Below are positions 50,954 through 64,000 of a stretch of DNA of 64,000 nucleotides, piece after piece; position 1 is the first letter of the stretch, and each line of letters opens with the position of its first letter. The stretch is from Balanoglossus misakiensis (taxonomy: Eukaryota > Animalia > Hemichordata), in assembly GCA_040954595.2 (NCBI GenBank), contig CM082578.2, forward strand, positions 1,098,831 to 1,162,830, in the 5' to 3' direction. The translations under genes and the position numbers were made by a program. The notes beneath the pieces are model-generated. The model was not told where the DNA came from. It did not search any database and was given only the letters and a program-made list of their open reading frames with translations.

Positions 50954-53860
50954 TTCAATTAAATTCAATTTCAATTCAATTTATTACCCTTGTTGAAAAG
51001 TTGAAAAGTATTTACATAACTCATGAGTGAGACAGGTTGAATGAAAAGGTAATTGGGAACAGAAAATAGCAGGTGCTAGTCAAGTCTGTTCCCATTCCTC
51101 TGTACATTGCGGTATAAAAAATAGTTACATTTCTTATTGAGGGCAGTGTATTTCCTAGAGAGAAGCAATATTAGGCATGTACACTGTAAAGGCAATTATG
51201 TACATAGACAGTAGCTAAAATTGAATGAAATAAATACATTGAATTAATAAATAAACTACTATATATAAAGATGTATATATTTATAGTTAATTTTCTAAAT
51301 ACATCTGTTTGAGCGAGTACCGGAAAGTTTTTTGGGATTTTTTGTTTTTTATTTGTTCTGGTAATGAATTCCATAAGAGAGGGCCATTATAAGATATTGC
51401 AAATTTGCCCATTGTTGTATTTACACTTGGAATATGGAGATTACCTTGGTTTTTGTGGCGTGTACTGTAATCATGGAGAGGTAATTGACAGTAGGTTGTC
51501 AGCCTTTGTGGAAGATTATTGTGTACAAGATCATACATGAAGGAGCATACCTGGAGCTTATGTAATTTGAAAATATCAGGGATTTTCAATTTATGGAATA
51601 AAGGAGTTGAATGAGCTGTGAAAACACTGAAGGTTATTGCTCTTACTGCCATTTTTTGTAATAACTTAATACGGTTGAGATATGAAGGATATGTTGACCC
51701 CCATACTTCGAGGCCGTATGTTATATGTGGTTGGATAAGTGATTTGTAGAGTAAGGTAAGTATAGGGGTAGGTACAAAATGTCTGAGTTTAAAGAGAATG
51801 CCAACTTTCTTTCTGATGATTGTGTTTAGCATCTGGATATGTTTTGACAAGGTAAGATGCCTGTCAATGAGAATGCCAACAAATGATGCAGCTTCTACCT
51901 CATTTATGACCATATTATTTATGTGGAGAAAACCAACATCTATCTTTTAAATAATCTGTAAACCATTGTAGAGGACGTCCACGTATACCATAGTGAGAGA
52001 GTTTAGATAGTAATATTGTATGATCAATGGTATCAAAGGCTTTTGAAAAGTCAAGGAAAATGCCAAGTGTAATTCTGCCAGCATCAAGTTGCTTAATGAG
52101 ATAATTGACAAGATTGATCAGAGAGAGTTTGGTACTATATTTTTGTCGAAAGGCATACGGATGTTCATATAGAATATTAAATTGTTCTACAAAGTTGGTA
52201 AGATGGCAGTTGACTATTTTTTCTAAGACTTTGCTTATAAGAGGTAAAATTGATATTGGTCTGTAATTTCCTGGATCATCAGTGGTTCCTTTCTTGAAAC
52301 TTGGTATAACTTTTGCTGATTTTAGGGCTTTCAGAAATATTCCTTATTGAAAGGAGAGGTTGAATATGTATTCTAATGGTTTAGATATTACAGCATCTCC
52401 ATCTATAAGAAGTCCAGCAGGAATTTGATCTTGGCCACAAGCTTTATAAGGATCTAGGCTACAAATAATTTTTTGTATTTCAAACTGAGTTGTTGGGGCA
52501 AGAAAGATTGAGTTTGAGATGGGTGCCTTGAGGTAATTATTGAAGTTGCAATTGTTAGACTTTATTTTACTAGCAAGGTCTGGACCAATACCAACAAAGT
52601 AGTTATTTAGCTCATTGACAATATCAGTTTTCTTATTTACGGTTCGTACCTTACCATTAGACTTAACACACAGATTATCTGGCAGAGATTGACTGGCATT
52701 ACCTTGGCTTCCAAGTATCTGTCTAATTGTTTTCCATATTGCAGTAGTGTTATTTTCATTTTGTATAAAAATATTGCTATAGTACATCTGTTTGGCTTTC
52801 CTGAGTAAAGCCGATAAAATATTTCGATATTTTTTATAATTATCAACAGCAACAGCATTATTAAATTTTGATTTATATAATTTGTTATATAGCCTATGTT
52901 TGGTGTTAATAGATTTTCTAAGTGATTTGGTGATCCAAGGTTTTTTTATTTTTTTGGTACTATAGGATTTTGTAGAAATAGGTGCATGTTTATCACACAT
53001 TTCATTAAAGACTGAATAAAAATTGTTGTAAGCCTCATTAGCATCAGAGGAATGGTACACAGAATCCCATGTTGTGTTTTCAAGATCGTCGTAAAATTGG
53101 GAGGGACTATAGTTTTTGAAATTCTGAAAATAATTTTCTCTTTTTGTGGCAATTTTAGAGGAATATTTTCTAAAAGAGTATACACAGGGAAATGGTCTGA
53201 AATATCTGTGATTATAGTGCCAGCATGAATAGGACGTTGATTATTTTTTGTGTAGATGTGGTCAATTAAAGTTTCAGATGAACTAGTCACTCTGGTTGGG
53301 ATAGATATCAGCTGTCTTAAGCCTATACATTCCAAGGAGGATAGATATGAATCTATATTGGGGTTGGTCAGTCTTATGTTAGTATCAATATTAAAATCGC
53401 CCATTAAAATACAATTATTTTTGTCACATCTGAACTCATTTAAAACTTGCACGAGACTAATTTGAAATTCTGTTATATCAGTATTAGGTTTTCTGTAGAT
53501 TATTCCCATAATTATCTTCGTATTTTTAACCTGTACCTCCATCCAGAGTGATTCTGAGTGACTGACACTTGCTCGAAGCAGCTTGTAGATTACTGATGAA
53601 TGTATGTAAGCCCCAACCCCACCACCCCTTCCTACTTCACGAGACTTCACTTCTAATGTGTAATCTTGCATATTACAAATACTTAAGTTATTTGGGTCCC
53701 ATACTTCAGAAATTCCAATGATAGCGAATTTGGACTTGATAATATCTTCATATAGTAATTTTAAGGCATCAACGTTTCTGGGAAACACAAAATGAATTAT
53801 AAAGCTGGGGGGAAAAGTGTTCATAAAAATCGCAGGGTGGAAGGGTATGATGACTAACAT
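50954..53860 (-). mobile_element. Degraded CR1/L2-group LINE (APE endonuclease and RT, internally deleted)
   Basis: IIGISEVW, GGGVGAYI, ILMGDFNID, TLIDHIY, SDHFPV; KKPWITKSL; NYRPISILP and FLDFSKAFDTIDH read by eye at ~52020-52270; LYKSLIQPHITYGLEVWG; (ATTGA)n-like tail at ~50954-50980. Confidence 0.93.
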
Positions 53861-54323
53861 TGAAGAGAGGCCCTTTGAGTTTTATTGTAGTCTTACGCAT
53901 CCTTTCACATAAGAAGAGTTAGAAGACGTGAGTTGACTGACCGTTATTAACCGCTTTTGATTTGATATTGTTTTCCACCAAGTTTTTGCGTTGTTTTCGA
54001 CATTGTAAATGTGTATTCTTTTGTTGAAGTGATGCCGTGAAGTGTAGTGACGTTTAATAGGTTTTTGAGGAGTTGTTGAAGTTTTTGTGATGACCGCAAG
54101 AGAGACGGTCTGGTGATGAAGTCGTGATGTTTTAATGACCGCAAGGGAGACGGTCTGGCGTATGAAAATGGCCCTTTGAGTTGGCATGTGAGTTCATACG
54201 AGGGACAAGAGAGAAGTCCCAGAGTGTAGTTGAAGTTGAGCGTGATTTTATTGTAGTCTTACGCATTCTTTCACATAATAATTCGTTTCGTGGTTATTTT
54301 TGAACCTGACAGTATGATGAAGT

Positions 54324-54720
54324 GTATCTGTATCTGTATCTGTATCTGTCTAATACTGCAGAGTAACTCAGAAATTGAGCAGTAATCCTGCAGGTGCGCA
54401 AGGTGAATTTAGTCGTGATGACTAGTTATTCCTGAAAGACCAGCTTTAAATTGCTCTAGGTTTGTGCTAGTTACAATGTTATCTGGTAAGTGGTTCCAGT
54501 CAATAATGGTTCGCGGAATGAAGGAGTGTTTGTAAGTATCTGTTTTGCACATTTGTATGAACAGGGGTCTTGAGTGTGAATTCCTGGATGTACGTGGGTT
54601 GAATTTAATATGACTTTCGGCTGGAGTTGCGATTTGGTTATTTACGATTTTGTACATAAGATGAAGCCGCTGTTCTCTCCTGCGATCAGATAGTGGTATT
54701 AAATTAAGATCTTTTAACAT
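54324..54720 (-). mobile_element. 3' fragment of a second LINE
   Basis: LSDRRREQRLHLMYKIVN...YKHSFIPRTIIDWNHLP, followed by an (AGATAC)n tail. Confidence 0.88.
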
Positions 54721-55729
54721 TCATTAAATTCATTTTTACTGTTTAATACGAGCTTGTATTGCATTATGATCCACTCTGAAATGCTCCGTACTTGGCGGTA
54801 TTATCCGGAACCGTTATTGTGTTCGAGAGCATCTTTGGTATGTGCCTGCTCCGTTAGTACAGCAGTGAAGAGACTGTTTGTACGAAAGAACTATCAGACT
54901 TGATTTTTTTACGCGGTTATTGACTGTTGAATTTTTCACTGGAAAAGAGACACTCTTTGACGAGAAGTCAGAACAGTGAAGTCGTTTTGAATTTTGACAT
55001 TGAAAACGTTTTATGCGATTTTCTTTAATTTGTTTGAACAGGCTGTGATATTATTTAAAGGTGATTATTGAGTTTGATTTTGACGTAGTGTATTTAAAAC
55101 CGATAGCGCAGACCTGGTTTTCGTTTTCATTCTTTCTTTGATCGAACGTGGAAGTTCGATTATTGGAAAAGTGGGAAAGTGTCACGACTGAGTTTTAACG
55201 CTCATAGATCTTTTCTATGATTACGTAAGAAGTCATTCACTTGTATGGTTTTAGTCCAGTATTGACATAGGTACTTGACCCAGAGTAAACAAGATTGTGT
55301 AATTGATACATGTCAGAACGAGATAGAGATATCACGTGCTAAGTTCATGTTTAAGATATATTAAGATGACGTGTTCCTTTTATGACTTAATACTTGACTA
55401 ACGTATTAATAAGGTGTGGTGAAATTTGAGATCACACGTTTATCACCGGAGATCCGTGATGGGAGTCAACGAGCATGGGTCGAGTCGTGTAATTCTTACG
55501 TGTGACCAGTAATAAACCAGAACTTTGTGTTACTCGGAAAACTTGTTGCAAGTCTCTGTCTACGAAAGGTTTACGATCTGCCGGGTACCTCTCTCGGACT
55601 TTATGAATATGTTGGGTGGAGAAGGAGATGGAGAGAATGTACGCCGTCAGCCTTCGGACGTGGCTGATTCCCCACAGAAGCCGATGAGGTAAACGTCCGG
55701 AGGACGACCGGCCGTAACAACAAACTGCA

Positions 55730-56055
55730 TGAATTAAAGTTCAACAATCCTTAGAAGACAGGAACGTCAGAGGTTGAATCTTGATGGGAAAAGGCGAGGT
55801 ATCGCTGGTTATCATCGGCGTACTGATGAAATTGTAGGATGTGGGGACGAATCAGTTTACTATAAAGTGGGGCTATATAAATGGTGAACAAGAGAGGGCC
55901 AGTGGCACCCCGTATACGAGAGGTGACTGTGAACTTGCAGTGTTTTCGATGATTACAGTTTGATATCTATATTGAAGGTAAGATGTAAACCATGTTAGTA
56001 CTGTGTCTGAGATGCCAAGGTTCGATAGTCTACAAAGAAGTATCCCGTGATGCAA
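55730..56055 (-). mobile_element. L2-like RT fragment
   Basis: HGILLCRLSNLGISDTVLTWFTSYL..RYQTV..YGVP, then FHQYADD in a shifted frame at ~55812-55832. Confidence 0.82.
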
Positions 56056-57797
56056 ATGTACAACTGAAGAAAAAAGAAATCACAAATCTTAAAACTAAGA
56101 TGCCGTTAAGAATTAAATTTCGCGAAAAGGAAGTGACGAAATACGTACATTTTCTTTGCTCTACAACAAGTAGTCTCCCTATCATCCCTATTGGAGCATG
56201 CAGCTAAAATTTACCATGACGTCATTGATTCTACGCGAACGTTTTTCTAATGGCGATAAACATATTTTGTATAAATTGTGCTCAAACGCCCGTGAATCTC
56301 ACTCGCAAAAATTCACAAGTGGCGCATACAACACTAGGAAGAAAATTGTTTAGCAGTCTATAGAGTTTGTGACCTGAGATTTGGAAGTAAAAGTTAAACT
56401 TAAAAGTTGAGACAGAAGTGATTGAAGAGTAAAGAAACTTTTGAAGTGTTAAGAAAGTTATCGCATTCCTGATGAAAAGAAAAGAAAATACAATACATTC
56501 ATTGTTTTAAGGAACACAAGGAAGACAAGTACTATGCAATCAGAGTATGCATGGATCATTCATCTAAAAATATATCTCCGCGTCTTTTGGCGGGTAAAAA
56601 TAAAATGCTTGAACGGTCTTTTGGATGGCGGACTATTTGTGTCCTTCTTGTCCTCAGAACGCAAGTGGTCGAGTAGGTTTATTTCATTAAATTCTTATAT
56701 TCTCAGTTGCTACCATAAATACCCAGTGTTCGTGTCGATGTATCTGGACGTCAGCACGATTCCATATAGGTACCTCTCAGTATTAGCCAAGCGAGTTATC
56801 CCCATCGATAGAGTTTAATTCCCCGTTACATTCCCAACACCAATCCTCCCGCGTGACATTGAGGTTGAAGGTATACAAGCCTTAGGAATCATGCAACCAT
56901 CCAGAAAGTGTAATAAATTTTGAAGCTATGATGTGAGTTTTCAGTTCGTTTCTTCTTTTGATTTGTTGATGTAACATTTTGCGTTTTAAATAAAAGATAA
57001 AAAAATGTACAGCAATGACGTCACAAAATTCACTGGTATTGATAAAGCTATATTATATCATATATTATATGTGTTAAATACTACCGTATCTCATTATTGC
57101 AGTATTTCGTGCTTTAACACAAAATACGCGAATAGGGTTTAATACAAAACTAAATGACACAATTTCTGTTTCTTTGCCAAAATTCTTAATCACAAGATCA
57201 ACCCATCCTTACGCCTCTACTCTATTGCTAAGAGAAACCAGCGTCCGTAACATGCATTGTGAAACCCCTCAACAACATGCATGTCAACACTTCATTTTTT
57301 CTCCAGCATTGTCAGTTTGGTACCCTGACAACTCACGGGGCATCATGGGACAATATTAAAGCTGATTCAGTGTTTATGTGCATAAAACACACGGCGGTGG
57401 AAACATTCGTTTTAAATTATTGTGGACGCGCGCACGCCCTTGTCTGTGTACAGGTACTTGATGCTTGTCTACAGTCACGTGAAACGCTGTTGGTAGTACC
57501 CTAGAAGATAGATATCTTTAATCAGAACTTTGGTAAGGAAGGTTTGAGAAGTCCATTATATGTAAAGAAAGTTTAAGAAGTGTGTTACCAAAGGGTGTGG
57601 GGGTGGCTGGGGGTCATCAATATATCACTCTGCATCACGTTCACAGAAAAGGTCGCGACACGCCCACAAATTCACTCACGACTTGCGTCACCGGTTACAG
57701 GAGTTCGTACAAAAGTGTGGTTTATGCACATTTACACTGAATCAGTTTTTTTGGCCCATGATGCCCATGGGCCAATACAGGCCACGATGCCTCCAGA

Positions 57798-58035
57798 ATG
57801 ATGATGGCAATGATGGTGATGATGATGATTGTGGTGGTGGTGGTGGTGATTGAGCTTTAATTTCCCTTTCTTCCTGTCTAACCACTTCCTCTCTCACCTT
57901 CACTTATTCGGTCTCTCCCCTCCCCTTCTGTCAAAGTCCTCCCCTCATTCCCTTTCCATCCTGACATTCTCATTTCCGCCCTCTTGCTTTTCTTCTCCTT
58001 TCTCACATTCCTTTTCTCACCTCTCTCCCCCCTCC
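57798..58035. repeat. (TGA/TGG)n microsatellite followed by a CT-rich low-complexity tract
   Basis: Direct reading. Confidence 0.85.
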
Positions 58036-58671
58036 GTAACATGTTATGTAATATATAAAGTAAAAAAGTCCAAAGCATGATGTTATCACAGATGACATTT
58101 GGAATGTATTATTGTACTATCTGGTTTAATTTCAAACATAGTGGAGTTATTTATTGGCCAGTATTTAAGCATGTTTAAAGAAGTCAAACAGCATAATAGG
58201 CACATTTCATATCAAACAAAATTGACCAAATAAGCTCAAAAGAGGATTTGAACAATTTGTCCCTTTAAGTAATGTTCAATATTGGATTTACACTTGTGAT
58301 TGTATGTCATCTCCCTTTTGTTAGAAACCTCACAGTCATATAATAAACAGGTGACCTGACAATCATTTGAAATACAAAACTTCGGCAGCTATTCCAGTTT
58401 GGTCCAAAAACCTAATTTTAACTGGCACCTCAACTTTAGGACTATTATGGATGTTGCTGAAACTTGAAGTGGGCTGCTTGGGAAGAGGAAGACGTGGAGT
58501 GTCTCTCAGACAACGCTGCGCTCAGTCAGAGATAAAGTCAAAATATGGATTTGACTTGCAACAGTAATTTGTTAGTTAAGTCAAATTCAACTTAAATCTG
58601 TCTCTTTGGGTCAGTCTTAACGGGTGTAGCATGCTGGAAGGGTGTGCTTACCCATTTCCGACACCTAGTAC

Positions 58672-59121
58672 CACAGGGGGCTGCAAACATGAAAGTTATA
58701 AATGGCGAAGTACGTTCCATTCTGCGTTTTCCCAACCTGTCTTATCATTTGCTAATCCAGAATAAAAGTTATCAATTTCCCATTAATCACCTGCTAACGA
58801 CTTAATCTGTGTGCCCCATCCACGGATTAAGTTAATAAAGTAAACATCGGTCAGCGAGTACTGGGTATTCTCTTACCAAGTGAGAACTGACCGATGTTTA
58901 CTTAATCCACTAAATCCGTGGATGGGGCACACAGATTAAGTCGTTAGCAGGTGCTTAATGGGAAATGCAATAGTTTGTATTCTGGATTAGCAACTGCTAA
59001 GACAGGTGGAGGTAACACAGAAAAATAAACAAGCACAAAGACTGTTCATCAATTAATGTTTATTGGGGGAAAATGCAGGAACTCCGCCATTTATAACTTT
59101 CATGTTTGCAGCCCCCCTGTG
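58672..59121. mobile_element. Palindromic (foldback) MITE with CAC...GTG termini
   Basis: CACAGGGGGCTGCAAACATGAAAGTTATAAATGGCG at 58672, reverse complement ending at 59121; inner arms pair to within ~30 bp of the centre. Confidence 0.85.
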
Positions 59122-60760
59122 CGAGTACTACCACTTAGCAGTGGTTCAAGATGATCCTGTTGAAATTGTAAGTTTTTCTCTTATTTCTTTTTTGAACCTG
59201 GACCTGGTAATTAGCTTAGCTTGAGTAATATTGATTATTGGACCTGGTTTGATGTCTTATTATAACAACTACAGAAGAATCTCTGGACACAGTGAAATAC
59301 ACTTCAGGGTTATGGTAATGACTGACAAATTGTCAGTTTAAAAAAGTAGACAAAGAACTCAGTTAAATATTATAATAAAAATATGCTTTTAATATAAGGA
59401 AAAGGTACAATTGATATACTTGTAATTAAAACATAAATATAATGATGAAATTCTTCAACTGTTCTGTAGTTGCACCAGTATTTGTATAAGCTAAAAATGT
59501 TGACTTCTGGCAGGACAACTCAAACAGATATTAAACTTATTTATAGTACTTCCACTTCATGACTTTGTTCAAAAATTTCCCAAACTTATTTCATTGTTGA
59601 TGAGTTGTCACCTCCGAACAACACAAAAAGGAACAGTTTGTATAAAAAAGTAATTTTGCATGAATCTTAAACATACATGCACAAGTTGAGTGAATAACAC
59701 AATATAATCATATTCTACAATGAATTACAATATCAAGATTAAGGGTTTCACATATGACATTACATTGCTACATTTTATATACATGAATTTAATTTGAAAA
59801 ATTTCCATTGATCTATAACACCATGAATAATATAAAAATATGCGAATAAATACTTTGAATTATTATATATACATGTCAGGTCTCAAAGTGAGTAACTATA
59901 TTTCCATTCACCTATGAACTGGTTATTAACCAAATGAAATGATAGGATCTTTTATTTTGAGGATCTTATAATTGTGATCATACACATCCATATTCCAAAA
60001 TTCGCATGCCAAACAAATATCAGATTTATACGGCCAGTTGTAAAGACAGTACAAGGGGCAAAAAAATTAATAGTAGTTCATCATCATCTCCCTTCTTTTA
60101 CAGTCTTGGTGAATGTTGACGGTTGAAGTCAAATTAAAGAAAAATATCAAGAAAAATATCAAAATTTGAAGCACTAATTCAGGAGGATATATATCATCGG
60201 GAGGTAGTCACTGAATATATTGAGAGAAATAATTCATAATCTATGCATTTGGATGAAAAGACCTTCTATCTGATCAAGTTAAGGATAAATGCTGCCTTGT
60301 ATGAATACAGAAGCAAGTCAGCATGCAAAGGGAGAGCTGAATTGGTACACTGTTAAATTTGTCCTCCAAATTCAACAAAAATATGTTGTTGTTTAGGAAT
60401 TCTCGTATTATCATATCTTTTTCATTACACAATACCTTATAATAAGTCATAACAAATTTTTAAGGAAAATTCTTTAAAATATGTAAAATATATAGCCTTA
60501 TAACCAACATACTTTAAAGATGATTATTTATGATCATTTCATTCAGATGTTGCTAAGAGTGTAATAATAAAGATCTGTTTCACTCCAACCAATTTAATGT
60601 GCGCTTATCACAGTACTGTCGTCTGACAAAGCATAACTATTATTGTTATCATTTATGGGATTATACCAAGCTTATCACAGTACTGTGTCAACTCACAAAA
60701 TGAAAACCATTCTAGTTATCATTTGAATTATACCATACATGTACACACAGAGATGGCACA

Positions 60761-63727
60761 TTAGAAGTATCTGTCTCCGTGACTCTCATGAAATAGTTCA
60801 TTTCTACTCTTAAGAGGCCTTGGTCTCCATTCCTCACTTCCACTGGCACTACCACTGTCGCCACTATACATGGGATTGTAGTGATAGATTTCTCTGAAGG
60901 CTTCCTCATCTTCCACACTTTTCCCTGCCTTGCTATCAACATCATCTGTATCATCAAACCAATGGATATCCATAGTTGCCTCTTGTTCTTCCCAGCCTGG
61001 ATGTTTCTTTCCTCCAAGAGCACACCTGAATGTCAAATAGTTGAACATCATCAATGTGGGATTTGTTGTGATGTTGTTACTACTGTAGAATAACGCAGGT
61101 GGTTGTTGGACACTTTGCGGTCTGGTCGCGTGACTTTGCCTTGTTAGCCGCCATGCATGTTGAACGCAAATTATACCATGATGCACTGCAGTTACCCTAT
61201 ACGCTAATAGGTCTATGCATGAACTCTTTGAATAAATTTGCTTCCACGATACAGATGTGATTATTTTTCACGTTGCCTCATGCATGTATGGAAAGATACA
61301 GGTAAATTCCCAGTTTTCTGATGGGCAACATTTCTACAGCTGTCTCGATTCTACTCTGGTAGTACTAAATAACTTACCGTTGGTACATGAGTAACATTAT
61401 TACACCAAGCACTAACACAGCCGCTAAACCTCCCGAAACACCACCAATGATGACAGCTGTGTCAACGGAGGAATCTGTAAGAGTTTAAATATTTATATTT
61501 GTCACGGGGGCGATATGCTACGATAAAAGCAAGAAAACCATTCATTATGATGCTTAACTATTGTAAAATGGTTAGTTGACCAAAAATCTAGTTATACTGC
61601 AGATGTTGCAGTTTCACCATTTTCACAAATATTTTCAAGACAACGTAAACTGTAATCATGTAGATCAAACAAATGTGTAAACTTTAGTGAATATTGTTTT
61701 TCAATCTTGAGTTATTAAAAGACAAAGAAATGTATACACACCTTTAACTTGCATTGGTACTCTCTGGCGGCAAGTTTCACCTTGATATTCATCAGTACAT
61801 TCACAAACAGGATTGCCATCACTGTCCTTGATGCAAACAGCATTGTTTGAGCAGAACTCTTCACATTTATCTAGACACAAGAATAAAATCACATCACATT
61901 ATTCTACCTGACGAACCATTTGTATTAGACAAGAACTAAACCCACTTGCATATTCATTTCTTACAAACGGAATGGAAGTTGTGTGCTGTCGAACGTTGAT
62001 TCACTATATATCCACATGTACCGGGTGAATAACATAAACAGTGTCTTGTATCAAACATAATTAATGGAAAAAGGGCAGCAAGAGAGATACTAAATCAACA
62101 GTAGTGTCTACGTTTTAGCTGTACATATTTCTGTTGACATGTCAGTTGTAGATAGTTACATACCTGTACAAGTTATTCCATCACCAGTGAAACCAGTTTT
62201 GCAAGTGCATTCATATCCTGGTACAAGATTCCTGCAAGTGGCATTTGGGTGACAGTCATCCAGACCAAGACGACATTCATGTGCATCTAGAAAACAAAAA
62301 TTCTTGCAATGTCTTTAACTGACCACCAAATAAAACTATGGGATCTTCATACATATCACCAGTTAAAGGTATACGGTCACCTATGGAAAATTAGCTATAG
62401 TTACCATGGCAAAAGGAGATCTAGCCAATCACGGATTTTCAGTGGGTGGCACATGCAAAAAAGAGCGCCACCATATGTTCTTTAGAACTCTCATATACTC
62501 CATTTCTGCCATATATGGGCGTTTGTAAATTGGAGGTGACTGTATACCTTTAAGTTAGATGACTACCCAGATGCAGTGCATGGTTATCACATTCCATAGC
62601 CTAAGATGTAGAATTCTGAGAAAACAGTATTACAATATTGTTATTTCCGTGAAATTTTCAGAAAAGGTGTTAAAAGAGGAGCATTATTAAATTATATAAA
62701 AATATTGGATCACACAACATATCAAATGATACTCTAAATAAAGAAGAAAATTTCTTATAATGAAGTGTTTGTGTCAGATTGAACAGTTAAGGTTGATCTC
62801 CACAAGCACTTCATGCATGTTATCAGTTCTATGATTATGAAATATTTATTCCTACCATCACATTCTGTTTCATATAAGGCACCCTCTCTGCCTGTAGTGT
62901 AGCCAGTTGGGCATGGTTGACAAGCATCCTGGTTGAATTCAAAGTTATATGTTCCAACAGGGCATTTCTCACATCTATAGGACTCCTGATTCAAGTACCA
63001 ACCAACATTGCAGTAAGCTGTTGATGGAATGGAAAAGAGCATATAATAAAATTGGAGGACTATCATTATTCTGAACAACTGAGGCACAATAATACAACCT
63101 TCAGTTCAGTACAGTTGAGATACAACATGAAAAGTTGTATACATAATACTTACAAACATTACAATCTTCACTTAAGGTTGAACCGACTGTTCTTGTGGTG
63201 AAGCCAAATGGGCACGGCATACAAGATGGCTGAAGTTCAGCATTTGATCGATAGGTTCCCATGGGACACGACTCACAAGACCCATTGACACTAAGTTGGA
63301 CTCCCACTGATTTACATACCTCTGTAATTGAGAAGATTAATTTTTTGATATTCACGATTATCTGCTTTTCACTCACGTGAATTTGTTAAACTGTTGAATA
63401 TGTTACATATCTGGCGGTTCTAAAGTAAAAACCTACTCGGAAAAAAGTTTACTGGATGCCGAAATATTGCTTGCCTGTCACTTACAAATGATAACGCCAT
63501 GGGTACGTCACATGGCCAGATCATGTGATTGATAGTCAAGAATAGCAAATAACACAAGTACCTACCCTGACATTGTGACTCATCAGTAGCTCCTTCAACT
63601 AATGTAAGCATTCCCTTTGGGCAAGTATTACACACAAACTTTCCTTCTTCTGATTGCCAGAATCCAATGGGGCAGCTTTGGCACTGAGAAGTCCCGTTGT
63701 CAAAGTAGTGACCAACATCGCACCTCT
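60761..63727 (-). CDS. 3' part of a type I membrane protein gene: three or more ephrin-receptor-like/GCC2-GCC3 cysteine-rich repeats, Ca-binding EGF, EGF, TM, NPxY tail (5' end beyond the window)
   Basis: GT-AG exons in consistent phase: 63566-63727, 63154-63321, 62856-63017 (CxxCPxGxY/W...CxxCPxG), 62164-62286 (DAHECRLGLDDCHPNATCRNLVPGYECTCKTGFTGDGITC), 61742-61870 (EGF), 61378-61474 (TM AVIIGGVSGGLAAVLVLGVIMLLMY), 60761-61025 (tail with YHYNPMY, stop). Confidence 0.92.
62367..62549. mobile_element. Intronic TTAA-specific MITE (Kolobok-like)
   Basis: TIR AGGTATACGGTCACCT / AGGTGACTGTATACCT with TTAA on both sides. Confidence 0.85.
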
Positions 63728-63839
63728 CTGCAATAGACATCATTGTTGAAAACTTATTTTTTCAACCAAAGAGATGAACATTCCAATTGTCATTCTTTCC
63801 ATATTGGATCACACCACAATAATTTGATATATACGTCAC

Positions 63840-63945
63840 AATTCCCGGCAAGGGGTATGGGGTTTTATCGGGCCAGTGGCATGAGTGAGGCTAGACGCTA
63901 GTTTTGGAAGCAAAGCGGACAAAATACGGCTAGATACTAGGCTAT
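63840..63945 (+). repeat. Dispersed repeat also present in both arms of the inverted duplication
   Basis: CCC.GCAAGGGGT...GTGGCATG...TTTTGGAAGCAAAGCGGACA matches ~14748-14845 and, inverted, ~35630-35735. Confidence 0.75.
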
Positions 63946-64000
63946 GGCTGTGGACGAGGAGGAGATATTGCCTTCTGTTATACATACCAAAACACTGCAA

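Larger units (their letters stand above)
49984..55719 (+). mobile_element. Non-autonomous LTR retroelement with paired 540-bp LTRs and nested LINE fragments
   Basis: LTRs 49984-50523 and 55180-55719 (TGTCACG...CGTAACA); PBS-like TGGTGTTAGAATCCGGG at 50527; PPT GGAAAAGTGGGAAAG before the 3' LTR; flanks ACAAG/ACAAA (imperfect 5-bp TSD); no gag or pol. Confidence 0.9.

Overview
Eukaryotic, AT-rich, repeat-dense genomic DNA from a marine invertebrate, probably a non-vertebrate deuterostome (inferred from repeat and intron style only). The centrepiece is a full-length CAC...GTG DNA transposon (21671-28344, 4-bp TSD CACC). It encodes a 10-exon RAG1-related transposase with a RAG1-type N-terminal zinc module, C3HC4 RING, NBD-like segment and DDE core. 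The TSD and D-x69-D spacing fit the Chapaev type, and there is no RAG2-like partner. Its two TIRs share a second motif at asymmetric 23/14-bp spacing from a CACAAGC heptamer. The element lies inside a ~33-kb inverted duplication (arms ~8515-17815 and ~32438-41659) whose arms contain nested inverted repeats; the right arm ends at an 86-bp satellite of 95 copies. Also present: a degraded Gypsy element with a PHD finger on its integrase and a splice-acceptor-preceded extra ORF; a pentraxin gene remnant; a non-coding LTR element with nested LINE fragments; many MITEs; and the 3' exons of a minus-strand type I membrane protein gene (cysteine-rich repeats, EGF, TM, NPxY). All alignments and exon calls were made by eye; family assignments rest on remembered motifs, not database searches.
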